Shown piece after piece: positions 10,745 through 21,234 of a DNA stretch of 64,000 nt (position 1 is the stretch's first letter; each line of letters begins with the position of its first letter). The translations under genes and the position numbers were made by a program. The stretch lies in IMG/VR virus record IMGVR_UViG_3300010371_000035. One strand, given 5' to 3'. This stretch comes from an uncultured virus (IMG/VR IMGVR_UViG_3300010371_000035). Taxonomy: Duplodnaviria > Heunggongvirae > Uroviricota > Caudoviricetes. Under the pieces are notes generated by a model. It saw only the letters and a list, made by a program, of their open reading frames with translations. It was not told where the DNA came from and ran no database searches.

Positions 10745-11949
10745 GATATTATGACATCCGAATTACCGATAAGAACGGGAAGCTAGTCGTTCCCAAACCT
10801 TTCCAAGGACTTAACGGACAGGTGACCAACGGCACTGGTGGTGGGACTCTCGATACAGGTTCCACCTACACCAACTTCGTTGGAGGTCAAATCCTTGCTG
10901 GTGGACTTGATATTGGATTGCAAATCCGGCAGTACACCTACGGAAATGCAGCGGGCGCAAAGGACGGCAGCCTTGTCACTATCTACGGTGTTTCACTTGC
11001 TGAAGTCGGCCAAGCGGTCAATCTCAACGATATGAACATCACCGTCAAGGCGGGCATGCAGAAGGGCCTGCCGCTTGCCAAGCCCCAGCAAGCCGGTGTG
11101 TTGACTGCGGGTAAGATCTTTCAGTCCATTGGTAATTGGGAGAACATCGACAAGACAATCACCTTCCTGTTTTATGATAGTCCGAAAATCGCCAACTTCC
11201 AATTCGTCTGGCGCAAAGGTTCGCCATTGAAGGATGCGATCCAGACCACGTTGGCGGCCGCAATGCCAGACGCCAAGATCAATATCTTCATTAGCCCTGA
11301 CTTGGTTGCGCTCAAAGATGAAGGAGCTACTTACGCCAACTTTGCGGAGTTTGCGCAAGCTATCAAAGAGCGAACCAAGAGTTCACAATTCAACGGCATC
11401 GCAACCTTGACCGGGAATAAATACGCTGGCGTGCAGATGTCCATCCAGCAGCCGACGCAACTTCACGGTTCAAGCGGAGGTGTGCAATTTCCTCAACCCG
11501 GTGGTTCGGTTTCGGGAACACCGTCCTTTGCTGGGAAGGCAGTGCTGGTCCAGGATATGACTCAGCCCTATCAGGAGTCTCGACTGCCCAACAGCCCGCT
11601 GCTGTTGAATTTCGAGGACTTCGTCGGTCAGCCTAGCTGGATCGAACCTGCAGTCATACGTTTCAAGATGGTCATGCGAGGCGATATCCGAGTAGGCGAT
11701 TTTGTGAAACTGCCGCAGACTCCGTTCGGCAATAATTTCATCACTCTGCCGGGCCAGTCTGCCTACACCGGCGCTCCAAGTCGGAATCAACTTGCATTCC
11801 AATCGTCGTATTTCATCCGACGAGTGGATCACTACGGCCGCTTACGCCAGCCCGATGCGAGCGCATGGGTGTCTGTCTTCGAAGGAGTATTCACCAAAAT
11901 CAATCTCAGTACTTCTGGACTTTCTGGCGGTGGAGGCACCGCGCCATAG
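10741..11949 (+). CDS. Baseplate hub protein
   Basis: 402 aa, MRYYDIRI start, position before spike. Confidence 0.65.
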   Translation: MRYYDIRITDKNGKLVVPKPFQGLNGQVTNGTGGGTLDTGSTYTNFVGGQILAGGLDIGLQIRQYTYGNAAGAKDGSLVTIYGVSLAEVGQAVNLNDMNITVKAGMQKGLPLAKPQQAGVLTAGKIFQSIGNWENIDKTITFLFYDSPKIANFQFVWRKGSPLKDAIQTTLAAAMPDAKINIFISPDLVALKDEGATYANFAEFAQAIKERTKSSQFNGIATLTGNKYAGVQMSIQQPTQLHGSSGGVQFPQPGGSVSGTPSFAGKAVLVQDMTQPYQESRLPNSPLLLNFEDFVGQPSWIEPAVIRFKMVMRGDIRVGDFVKLPQTPFGNNFITLPGQSAYTGAPSRNQLAFQSSYFIRRVDHYGRLRQPDASAWVSVFEGVFTKINLSTSGLSGGGGTAP

Positions 11950-11961
11950 AAGGAGTAGAAC

Positions 11962-12627
11962 ATGGCACGTTACGCCAATGAAGATCTTGCGCAAATCTAT
12001 CCACTTCCAAAGTCGATGGATGCGCACTTCGAGGGAAAGTATCAAGACAAATACTGGCTCAGGCCAAAAGCATTCCCTGCCAGCATTGTCTCGATTGATG
12101 CGACAGGGACTATCGCGAATGTGAAGTTCGAGGTCATCGAACCCGGCACCGACGATGGGACGAAGGACCTACACCCTCTGTGGCCCTTGCAGTTTCCTCA
12201 GATGGAAATGCCGGTCGCTACTGACCTCTACGGTATCCCGCCGTTAAAGGCTGGTGACAAGGGATATTGTGTCCCAGCTGACGTAGACCTTGGGGCTGTC
12301 TCGGGTTACTACGACAATTCAGCCACGTTGACCCAGCCTTTGAATCTATCGTCGCTGGTTTTCCATCCAATCGGCAACGTCAAAGCTACTGAGCGAACTT
12401 TCCAAGACAAGTATTTCATCAGTGGACCGACGGGTGCTCATATCAAGGATCTGAGCGGTTTTGCTGATGTAATCATTGGCCCGGTGCCCGATGGTCCGAA
12501 GAATACTGTGCAGATCCTGAATCTGATACCGGCATCCAGCGATGCTGACGCCCGGCAGAAAGGTGTGCCTCTTGGTGGACTCTACCACAACAACGGCGTT
12601 GTCCGTTATCAATTCACGGTGCCCTGA
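11962..12627 (+). CDS. Baseplate spike (Gp138/gpV-like)
   Basis: PASIVSID...PLKAGDKG OB-fold-like N-terminus. Confidence 0.65.
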   Translation: MARYANEDLAQIYPLPKSMDAHFEGKYQDKYWLRPKAFPASIVSIDATGTIANVKFEVIEPGTDDGTKDLHPLWPLQFPQMEMPVATDLYGIPPLKAGDKGYCVPADVDLGAVSGYYDNSATLTQPLNLSSLVFHPIGNVKATERTFQDKYFISGPTGAHIKDLSGFADVIIGPVPDGPKNTVQILNLIPASSDADARQKGVPLGGLYHNNGVVRYQFTVP

Positions 12628-13037
12628 TGAGAGTCTATGGCCGTGTCCCAGTCGATCAGCGGAACCCCAAGGGTCCGTTGAAGTGGGTGGTTGTCCAAAC
12701 GACCACGCAAGGTTTCGATGACGACGTCTACATCTGTGCGTTAGCACAGACATTGAAATTGAACACCAACGAGTCACCTTTCTGGGGGAACTATGGGCTG
12801 CCTGCCCATCAGTCTATCATGCAACAGGTGATGCCTGACTATTACATCTTGCAAGCGCAACGGTTCTATTCGAGCTTCTTTGCCAGCCTCATAGTCTACA
12901 AAGAGCCGAAGATTCCCGATCCGCTGTTGGATAATCTACAAAATGTGAATGTGCCCGCACCGGTCTATCGGTTTTCGGTCATCACAAATTTAGGGTTCAA
13001 GTACCCGCCTATCTTTGTTAGAGGAGCGCCACAATAA
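12627..13037 (+). CDS. Baseplate wedge/sheath initiator (gp25/gpW-like)
   Basis: LKLNTNESPFWGNYGLP motif; precedes baseplate J. Confidence 0.6.
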   Translation: MRVYGRVPVDQRNPKGPLKWVVVQTTTQGFDDDVYICALAQTLKLNTNESPFWGNYGLPAHQSIMQQVMPDYYILQAQRFYSSFFASLIVYKEPKIPDPLLDNLQNVNVPAPVYRFSVITNLGFKYPPIFVRGAPQ

Positions 13038-14713
13038 TGGCTGATCTACCCACCATCGTCACGACGGCTGGTCTGCAGCCGCGAGACATCGAAGAAATCC
13101 GAAACTCGCTGCTGACCCAAGTAGCGTCTACCAATCCCGGATATACCGCCAATCTGCCGGGTATTCTCATCGAGGACATTTCCTCGACGGACACACTGGC
13201 TATTGCGCAATGTGATAGCGCCCGCGTCGAGACAGTAAATTCGCTGACTCCTCTCGGGGCCAATGCCTTTCTGCTCCTCGAGTTGGGACAGATGCTGGGA
13301 GTGCCGGTTGGATCCACCAGCTTTACTTCCGTCTTCGTGACTTTTCAGGGTCCAGCCGGGTTCGTCCTAGGTAAAGGTTTCATCGTCACCGATGGTTTGT
13401 TCCAATATGCTTTGAACGATGGCGGCATCATTGGTTCAGATGGATTCAGTCTGCCGCTTTTTGCTATCGCAACTCAAGGAGGAACATGGGCTGTCCCGGC
13501 TGGTAGCGTGAACAAGTTGGTGACGTCTATCCCTTCAGGCATCACTGTTACTGTGAACAATTTGCAGGGTGGAATCCCAGGATCGACCGCCGGGCTCACC
13601 GAGTCCGATTATCGCGGCCGCGTCATGCGAGCCAATCTTGCCGCGAGTCAAGGCATGGCCCGTTACTTGCGGACTCTTCTTGCCAATGTTCCCGGCGTGC
13701 AGACCCGGCTTATCCTGCCTCTGATGAATCCAGTCGTAGGGACGCAAGGCTGGGAGATGATTGTCGGTGGCGGCGATCCTTATCAAGTCGCCTATGCCAT
13801 CTACACGGCGCTCTTCGACATTTCAACTATCGTCGGTTCGACGCTTGACATCTCAGGGATTACGCAAGCTCTCCCTGCTATGGTGTCTACGCGCTTGAAT
13901 CACTTGTTGCCGGTGGGTCAAGCAATCCATATCGCCGACACCAATCCTTCTGCTTACGAAGGAGACTTCGTGGTTATGAACGTGCCGTCTGAGAAGACAT
14001 TCACGCTCGGCAAGCCGTTCCCGCTCGACGCCATCACGGCGGCAAGCTGGGCGGCTACTGGCGGCGGGCAAGTCACGTTCACAACAACGACTGCACATGG
14101 AGTCACGGTCGGCTCTACGTTCGTGATTGCTGGTATGGTTCCGACGGGCTACAATGGATCCTTCACAGCAATCGCTGGGACGACCGGTTCTACGTTGAAA
14201 GCGGCGATGGTTTCCGATCCCGGTGCCGAGACAACGCTTGGGCAGCTCCAACCCGGCAATGCCTTATGGGATTCTACGGGCTTGGCGGCTTGGGTCTCTG
14301 GCGGTATCATCACACCGAATCCTCGAAACGTGCAAGTGTCTATCCAAGACAGCCCAGACACCTATTCGTTTCCGATCGTTATTCCGCCACAGCAATCGGT
14401 GACTATCGCAGTTACGTGGAGTACTATCTCTCCCAACTTTGTTGCTCCAGTTGCGATTGCTCAGGTAGTCCAACCGGCCATCGTAGACTATATCAATTCG
14501 ATCATCGTCGGCCAGCCGATAAGCCTGATCGAGTTGGAGGAAGCTTTTGTCACAGCTGTTCAGCCATTGCTGATGGTCGAGTTGATCTCCAATCTGGATT
14601 TCGATATCTCGATCAACGGCGTGGCAACAGCTCCAACCGGACTGCTGGTCTTTGGAGATCCTGAAAGTTTCTTCTTTGCCCAGCTCTCTGACATAGTGGT
14701 GACCAAGGTATGA
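13037..14713 (+). CDS. Baseplate J-like wedge protein
   Basis: TESDYRGRV and VGGGDPYQVAYAI motifs. Confidence 0.8.
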   Translation: MADLPTIVTTAGLQPRDIEEIRNSLLTQVASTNPGYTANLPGILIEDISSTDTLAIAQCDSARVETVNSLTPLGANAFLLLELGQMLGVPVGSTSFTSVFVTFQGPAGFVLGKGFIVTDGLFQYALNDGGIIGSDGFSLPLFAIATQGGTWAVPAGSVNKLVTSIPSGITVTVNNLQGGIPGSTAGLTESDYRGRVMRANLAASQGMARYLRTLLANVPGVQTRLILPLMNPVVGTQGWEMIVGGGDPYQVAYAIYTALFDISTIVGSTLDISGITQALPAMVSTRLNHLLPVGQAIHIADTNPSAYEGDFVVMNVPSEKTFTLGKPFPLDAITAASWAATGGGQVTFTTTTAHGVTVGSTFVIAGMVPTGYNGSFTAIAGTTGSTLKAAMVSDPGAETTLGQLQPGNALWDSTGLAAWVSGGIITPNPRNVQVSIQDSPDTYSFPIVIPPQQSVTIAVTWSTISPNFVAPVAIAQVVQPAIVDYINSIIVGQPISLIELEEAFVTAVQPLLMVELISNLDFDISINGVATAPTGLLVFGDPESFFFAQLSDIVVTKV

Positions 14714-15843
14714 CCGATCCACTATACTCACCATTTCCACCGGTCTATGCCGCTACTCAGCAAGCCAATACGCCGGTAGAAATCTCGAGCGGGTTCATGT
14801 CAGGGGGTGCCTTGATTCAAAACCCACAAGATCCTGCCGATCAGGGATTGGCTGTAGCTGAACCCTTGCGGGTGGACATGGTCGATCAACAGGGACGGTT
14901 AGCTGACAGCATTACGCTTCAGCCCGGCGGCATCTTTCGTGTGCCGTTGAATTTCAACGGTACAGTCTGGGCGACTTCGAGGACGGCTCAGCATCGCTAT
15001 TCGGCAGTCATCATTTTCCCTTATGTCGGATACCAGCCCTTCCCGCCGCAACCGGGTCGCCCAGGATTCCCTCCTTGGACGCCTTCGACGTTCACTACCG
15101 CTGTGACTGTGCTGCGTTCATATCTCTATCAGCAATACAACGATGACGAGGACTTGCAAGTCTTCGTCATGGCCTACAACGCTCTGACGCAATCATACAT
15201 CACATGGTTCGCCACTGTGATGCTCCCAGTCATTGCCAACAATCAGATGGTGAGCGGCAACTTGCTTGACTGGGTAGCGCATGGACTCTATGGCATGCTG
15301 CGGCCGCAGCTTGCCAGCGGCACGCGGAGAGACTTCGGTACGTTCAACACCGGCATGTTCAACGAAGTCGAATTCAACGAAGATGTCTTGCTTGGGCCTG
15401 ACGATATCTTCGTTACAGACGACGAGACTTTCCGCCGCATCTTGATCTGGCATCTGTACAAAAGCGATGGCAAGTTGTTCAATGTCCGTTGGCTCAAGCG
15501 TCGCGTCCAGCGGTTCTTGACTGGCAACGGTGGAGGTGGCGGCCAGAGCGCAGCCGGTACGCCCAGCACGCCGGATATGTATCCGCCAGATCAGACCTAC
15601 GAGATCTCAGTCACGTTCGGCCCCAATCACCAAATCAACATCAACCTACAAAGCACTCATCGTTCCATTCTTGACGGCGCTATGTTCAACGCCGGTATGT
15701 TCAATCAATTCGAGTTCAATGAATTGGGAACGGAAGCAGTCTATTCCCAGATAAGCCCATGGGCTCCGATCTTCAAGAGTGCTGTGGAGTCGGGCGCACT
15801 GGAGCTTCCATTCCAATACACCTTCGTCGTCAACATCAATTAG
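14710..15843 (+). CDS. Baseplate wedge protein (gpI/DUF2612-like) with extra N-terminal domain
   Basis: GNLLDWVAHGLYG and TDDETFRRIL motifs. Confidence 0.7.
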   Translation: MTDPLYSPFPPVYAATQQANTPVEISSGFMSGGALIQNPQDPADQGLAVAEPLRVDMVDQQGRLADSITLQPGGIFRVPLNFNGTVWATSRTAQHRYSAVIIFPYVGYQPFPPQPGRPGFPPWTPSTFTTAVTVLRSYLYQQYNDDEDLQVFVMAYNALTQSYITWFATVMLPVIANNQMVSGNLLDWVAHGLYGMLRPQLASGTRRDFGTFNTGMFNEVEFNEDVLLGPDDIFVTDDETFRRILIWHLYKSDGKLFNVRWLKRRVQRFLTGNGGGGGQSAAGTPSTPDMYPPDQTYEISVTFGPNHQININLQSTHRSILDGAMFNAGMFNQFEFNELGTEAVYSQISPWAPIFKSAVESGALELPFQYTFVVNIN

Positions 15844-15852
15844 GATACTCCG

Positions 15853-16992
15853 ATGGCAAACCTTTTCGTCTTTGCAAATCTGGCCCGTAGCTCTCTTGCG
15901 GGTGCGATGAATACAACTGACATTTCTCTGTCTGTGCAAGCGGGCGGAGGTGCGCAGTTCCCAAGTCCAACGACCGGTCAGCAATTCGCTATGACGCTGA
16001 CGGACGCTGCGACTGGACTTCTCAAAGAGATCGTCTACTGCACGGCCAAGGTCGGCGACACCATGACCGTGGTGCGCGGACAGGAAGGCTATCCAGCACT
16101 CAATTGGGCACCGGGTGATCCGATCGCCAATCTGTGGACTGCCGGACAAGCGGCCGCCATGCTGCAGACTGGACAGTTTCAATCACAGAGTCCGAACTAT
16201 GCTGTGGACGTGGGAACGACCAATGCCTATGTCGGATCCTACAGCCCGACGATCTCGGTGCCGGTTCCCGGCATGCCGCTTCGTTTGAAGATCGCCAACA
16301 CCAATTCTGGTCCTTCGACTTTCGATCCAGGTTCGGGTCTGGCAAACATCGTCCTGGCTTCGGGCGCATCGCTCTCAGGCGGCGAACTGAAACAGAACTT
16401 TGTGTACGAGTTCATGTGGAACGGAGCAGCATATGAGCTCATGGCTCCAGTGTCCAGCTCTACTCCAGTTGGCGTCGTCCAAGCCTTTGCTGGTGGAACT
16501 GTACCGGCAGGCTATCTATTCTGCGGTGGACAGTCTCTTCTGCGTGCGAGCTATCCAGATCTGTTCGCTGCCATCGGTGTCGTCTATGGCGCAGTGGACG
16601 GTACGCATTTCAATCTACCAGACTTGCAGGGCCGGACCATTGCCGGTCTGGACAGCACTGGCACCAGACTCAATACGCCATATGTGACTCCCAACGGCAA
16701 CACTCTGGGAGCTACTGGCGGGTCGCAATCTGAGACCACCACGCTCACTTCGAGCGGCAGCACTTCTGGTTCCCAGACAGTCACTGCTTCCGGCACCACG
16801 AGTGCTTCCAACCAGACCCGTACGTTTGACGGCGGCGGCAATACCGGCGTTCCCGAGACCCATCAGCACACCGTGACAGTCACCGGCACTACCTCTGGTG
16901 CTCTGGCGGTGGCCTCGACTGGAACAACCGCTACCGTGACCAACGTCCAGCCGACCATGGTCATGTACTGGATCATCAAGGCAACCGCGTAA
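15853..16992 (+). CDS. Tail fibre protein with tail-collar domain
   Basis: PVGVVQAFAGGTVPAGYLFCGGQ...YPDLFAAIG...FNLPDLQGR collar motif; C-terminal NVQPTMVMYWIIKA. Confidence 0.85.
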   Translation: MANLFVFANLARSSLAGAMNTTDISLSVQAGGGAQFPSPTTGQQFAMTLTDAATGLLKEIVYCTAKVGDTMTVVRGQEGYPALNWAPGDPIANLWTAGQAAAMLQTGQFQSQSPNYAVDVGTTNAYVGSYSPTISVPVPGMPLRLKIANTNSGPSTFDPGSGLANIVLASGASLSGGELKQNFVYEFMWNGAAYELMAPVSSSTPVGVVQAFAGGTVPAGYLFCGGQSLLRASYPDLFAAIGVVYGAVDGTHFNLPDLQGRTIAGLDSTGTRLNTPYVTPNGNTLGATGGSQSETTTLTSSGSTSGSQTVTASGTTSASNQTRTFDGGGNTGVPETHQHTVTVTGTTSGALAVASTGTTATVTNVQPTMVMYWIIKATA

Positions 16993-17002
16993 GGAGCAAG
17001 TC

Positions 17003-17338
17003 ATGGCAGGATCTCCCGTCACTCCCGTCGCCGCACTCGCGTCAACTGTCGCTACTGGAGGAAGTCCAGTCACGACGTTCCCCGCGAATATCGGAGGCGG
17101 CTTCGTGCAGAATCCACTAAGCACGGCCGATCAGAATCTGAGCCCGAGCGAGCCGCTCTACGTCGATCCAACCGGAGCCGATCCAGGCAGCAACCCGGGA
17201 CAAGGTTGGGGAACGACTTTCGTTCTTCAACCCGGTCAAGTCTGGGCAGTAATCCCTTTCCAGTCTACTCCCACCAAAGTCAACGCCAAAACCAGTGGAC
17301 ATCAATTCAGCGCCGTCTACTGGTTCCCTGGAGCCTAG
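17003..17338 (+). CDS. Small virion protein paralogous to the N-terminus of 14710-15843
   Basis: AAGGAG RBS; shared GG..QNP....DQ.L...EPL.VD and LQPG motifs. Confidence 0.65.
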   Translation: MAGSPVTPVAALASTVATGGSPVTTFPANIGGGFVQNPLSTADQNLSPSEPLYVDPTGADPGSNPGQGWGTTFVLQPGQVWAVIPFQSTPTKVNAKTSGHQFSAVYWFPGA

Positions 17339-17369
17339 CTGGCTTCTCCTCCTCCTCTGCAGACTTTAT

Positions 17370-17406
17370 GGGCCGAGTTCCTTGAATGGGACTCGGCCTC
17401 TTTTTC
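17370..17406 (+). terminator. Rho-independent terminator ending the structural operon
   Basis: GGCCGAGTTCC-ttgaat-GGGACTCGGCC followed by TCTTTTT. Confidence 0.8.
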
Positions 17407-18668
17407 GTTTGTAGATCCTTTTCTTTTAAGCGGGCTTTACCTCCATAAAGCTGGTGCCTGCCATGGGCCGTTTAGGGCGATCCTTTGCGCAATAGGCCCC
17501 AAAACGGTTAGAAACCTACTATATGTTGTGGTCAGAAACCACAAAGATACGCTACTAATAGTAGGTTTTTGGCTTACCAGCGGCCCAAATCGACCGGCAA
17601 ATGCTCCAAAAACACACATCGGGGGACTACCTATGTGGAACATGTAGTCCCCCCGGTCTGCTCTTAGCTCTTTCATCTAGAGTGGGGCCTCTATAAGAAC
17701 AGTAGCTATGAAGATCACGCTACCGGCCAGCACCACTATGAACGCCGTATCCAGTAGCAGTATCCAGTTCATATCGCATCACCTCCTTCCTGAACGTTGA
17801 ACTTTTGAACGCCGCGACATCCGCCTTTCGTGCGGGATAGGCGTGGCGTATTGTGGTCTTTCTGGCAGCACCGGCGGCTTCGCCTTCTTGCCGCTTCGCA
17901 TGATTATCCTCTCGTATCGTTTCTGTTCTGCTTCGATCGCATCTCTCCATGCCCGGTAGGGCACGAAGACCCGAGCCGCGATCTGAAGTCTAGTCTTATA
18001 GTCGGCATCCGAGCAAGGTTCTCCAGCCCAACGCATCAAAATCCGAAGTGCCCTCTCTAACCGATAGGGCTTCTGTCGTGCTGGATTCCTGCTTATCCGG
18101 ATTGCTTCGTCTAAGTCCATGTATGTTCTAAGTCCATACGCCATGACGTTCCCCGTCTATTGGTCCCTTAATGAACAACCTTTTCATCGGTTGACACTGC
18201 CCTTGACCCGCCTTCTATCATATAGATGACAGGCTCGCCTTCTTGCAGAATATCGCGGACCGTAACCCAGAACCCGCGATACTCACTATTTGTCTTCGCA
18301 ATGCTTAAGAAGCCCTCGACCACCAGCAGAGTCTTCGTCAAGCAGATGCGTTCCTCGCCTATATAGATATGGTATCTATAATGACGATCAGTTTCGTCGT
18401 CCGTATACGACGTCATCCAAACCCCCGGTTTCTACAATCTCCTTGTCATCGCCACAGTCCTCGCGAAGATCCTTCAGAGTGAGAAGCACCTTGCGCGTCT
18501 CGTCTTGGCTCCAGCCGGGAAATGGTTCCCCTGCCTTGCTGTTCTTTCGCAGGGCATCATCCAACCACGTTCCAAGCCAAGCGCCCAGCAGTCGGCGGCG
18601 GTCGGCTCTTAGGTTTGTGATCCTTGCCTTCGGCATAACATCCTCAACTGGCTAATCTCCGCCCTACG

Positions 18669-19253
18669 CTACTTGGCTTCGACGCAGAACAGCCCGTTCC
18701 CTTGCAGGCCGCAATCTTTCATCTGCAGCGTCGCGATGTTCTGGCAACGCAAAGAGCTGGCGAATTTAGGGGACTCTCTGCAGTCCTGTACAGTTTCCCC
18801 GTTAACCGTGCGCGGACGCTCTTCGGATCCAACGCACCTCTGCTTACCGTCCTGGTTCCGGATGCAGTAATAGACTTCTGCCGGAACTCGAGTATAATCC
18901 GAACAGGACCGATAGTTGTTCGGACCCCAATCATTGCAGGTGAGTCTGCCGTACATGGGCAGAGGCTGCGGCGGCTGGATTGGCACCGGGATAATCACCG
19001 CTTCCGGTAACACGATAGTTGTATGATTGGAACCATAGTCGCTCCATCCATAGTACTGACGAACCGTGCTCTGAGCCTTGGCTCCCGGTGTCAGCAGATA
19101 GCCAACGCCTACCAAGATCGCCATGGCGATCAGCAATCGGCCAATCCCACGCTTTGGCGGATCCTGTACTGGCAGGAACACATTCGGGTTCTCTGGGATA
19201 TAAACGGAGTCGATGACCTCGTACTCCCTTTCTCGAATATAGACTCTACGCAT
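18669..19253 (-). CDS. Membrane-anchored Cys-rich exported protein
   Basis: AGGAGG RBS; hydrophobic LLIAMAILVGVGYLL followed by AKA and several Cys pairs. Confidence 0.55.
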   Translation of the reverse strand: MRRVYIREREYEVIDSVYIPENPNVFLPVQDPPKRGIGRLLIAMAILVGVGYLLTPGAKAQSTVRQYYGWSDYGSNHTTIVLPEAVIIPVPIQPPQPLPMYGRLTCNDWGPNNYRSCSDYTRVPAEVYYCIRNQDGKQRCVGSEERPRTVNGETVQDCRESPKFASSLRCQNIATLQMKDCGLQGNGLFCVEAK

Positions 19254-19311
19254 TGTCGCCTCCTGTGCTAAAACGGAGCGAGCCCCATTGCCCGCTCCGT
19301 TGATTGAAATG

Positions 19312-19800
19312 TCACTTGACGGTGACCGCGCCCTTCTTGTCGAGAAACCGAAGGAGACCGATCGCAGGGAGCGGATTTTCGGACTTCTCCATCGCCAGGA
19401 CATACTCGCCGACCGTCTTCGACTTACTCTTCTTGATGAGATCGACGGCCTTCTCGACATTGCCTCCCGCACGATAGGCGCGCGCGCCTTCCACGAGGGC
19501 GATCTTCATCGAGTCCTCGTACTTGACCGCCGGGGTCCGAGGAGCCCTGGGAGCCGCCGGGGCCTTGGCGTCCTTCTTGACGACCGCGCCACGGCTCACA
19601 ACCGGCGCAGCCTTCTTACCAGCGACCGGAGCGGGCGCAGCCGCCTTGCTCTTGGCCGGAGCTGGTGGAGTCTTTGCCTGCGCGGGTGGCTTCGGGACCG
19701 CCGGAGCCTTCGCCTTTGCGGGGACTTTTGCACCCGGAGGCATTGGCGGCAAGCCTTTCTTCACCGAACCAAGCAGATCACTAGCAACATCACGAGCCAT
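19312..19800 (-). CDS. Basic Ala/Lys/Pro-rich putative DNA-binding protein (paralog 1 of 3)
   Basis: AAGGAG RBS; H1-like PAK repeats; C-terminal LLRFLDKKGAVTVK. Confidence 0.7.
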   Translation of the reverse strand: MARDVASDLLGSVKKGLPPMPPGAKVPAKAKAPAVPKPPAQAKTPPAPAKSKAAAPAPVAGKKAAPVVSRGAVVKKDAKAPAAPRAPRTPAVKYEDSMKIALVEGARAYRAGGNVEKAVDLIKKSKSKTVGEYVLAMEKSENPLPAIGLLRFLDKKGAVTVK

Positions 19801-20172
19801 ATTTATTCTCCTTGTCGTTTCTCGCCCGGTGTGGAACCAACCGTGCGACCAATGCGGGAGCACTGGCGGATCGAGCGGCCGTGGCCGCTCTCACCGTTAG
19901 GGCTCCCTCGGCTGCATCATATCGAGCGTCTGCTGTGCTTCATGTTGCGCCGCGACCACCATCTCGCGTTCGTCGCTCCCATTCGGCAGCACCTCCGTGT
20001 CCAACAGAGCCGCCGCGTACTTCGCCAGAGCCTCTCGCAGTTTGCGTCTCACAACTGCCGCCTCATACTTGTCCATCCTTACCTCCTGCCCTTGCCGGGC
20101 TCCTCGGTTTCGTATCCCAAAACCACTACGAGCCCTATAGTACCACCCCTATCGGGGAACGCCACTAGACGC

Positions 20173-20568
20173 TTACTTGTTCTTGTGCTTTCTAGGATTG
20201 TATACCTCTTCCTTTTTAGCCCGGATATGCTTGCAGTCTTCATGAAACTCGAATCCCTTGCAGGTACAAGTCCATGTTCCTTCGTCGTTTATGACGACGT
20301 ATTGATCTCCTTTCGATCCTATAACAGACCAAAACTTCGGCCGAGCCTTCTTGGGTAAACGGACATTGAGTCCAAAAGCCACGTCTTCTTTCTTGACGAT
20401 CCGCAGCGGGTTAAAAGATTCACCAGTATCTATGGTGACACAGTCTTCTCCCACCCAATACGGATTGGGGACCAGCTTGCCAACGATCGTGATCATCGTA
20501 GGCTCGTAGCAGAACATCTTCCCGCGATGCGGTCGATTGTGCAGGATCAACGTAACCATAGAATCCAT
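20173..20568 (-). CDS. SWIM zinc-finger protein
   Basis: GSKGDQYVV...WTCTCKGF....CKHI motif; start uncertain. Confidence 0.75.
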   Translation of the reverse strand: MDSMVTLILHNRPHRGKMFCYEPTMITIVGKLVPNPYWVGEDCVTIDTGESFNPLRIVKKEDVAFGLNVRLPKKARPKFWSVIGSKGDQYVVINDEGTWTCTCKGFEFHEDCKHIRAKKEEVYNPRKHKNK

Positions 20569-20838
20569 ACCAGTTTGGAAAAGAAGTAGATCGCAGCAAG
20601 TCCAAAGAAACACGACAACAAGAACCAGCCAATTACCCAACGGAAAATCCACAGCTTGCGTTTCATGTGCCACAGATTCCATCTCAACGGCATATCCTTC
20701 GCTTCACTGTCGAGTCGCGTAGCTCCACAGTACCAGCAATGGGAATATCGCTTCGAGTTCCGTCTATAGCAAAGACACTGCCAGCTTTCGCTCACGTATC
20801 GGCGATGCGCCCGCCACATCTTCCAAGCTTCCCACATC

Positions 20839-21234
20839 TTACACCATATAGTGAGGAGGGAGAGGGATAGGATGATCGTGCGGCCGCCAAAGATGGAGCG
20901 TGTAAGGGTGAATGCTGATGTGATTCTTCACGGCTACGTGAAGTTGGAATGCTGTCTCGTGCTCCTCAAAGAACAGTCGCTTTATCTGTTCCATCTCATG
21001 CCACACCGGGCAGCGAGCGCGTGTGCTCACACTCACGTGATCCCAGCCGTTACCGCATCCGGCTACGACATGGAGCTCTATTCTTTGATCGACGTTGTAG
21101 GAACTCCAGTATGTAAAGAAGCCATTGTAGTCGTCTCCCATGAGCTCGTCTGGCCTGAGTTGAAACCGTTCCGCATACTGCGGGGGAGCAGGGCGACGAT
21201 TGTGATCAAACAAGGGTCCACGCAGTTTCTTCAT
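20839..21234 (-). CDS. Conserved phage hypothetical protein
   Basis: WDHVSVS..RCP.W.EM..IK.LFF...HPYTLHLWR motif common in phages. Confidence 0.7.
   Translation of the reverse strand: MKKLRGPLFDHNRRPAPPQYAERFQLRPDELMGDDYNGFFTYWSSYNVDQRIELHVVAGCGNGWDHVSVSTRARCPVWHEMEQIKRLFFEEHETAFQLHVAVKNHISIHPYTLHLWRPHDHPIPLPPHYMV

Noticed and set aside
19288..20358. 356-aa plus-strand ORF and similar long antisense ORFs (35193-36050, 41127-41945)
   Set aside because: They overlap well-supported minus-strand genes and have no recognisable motifs.
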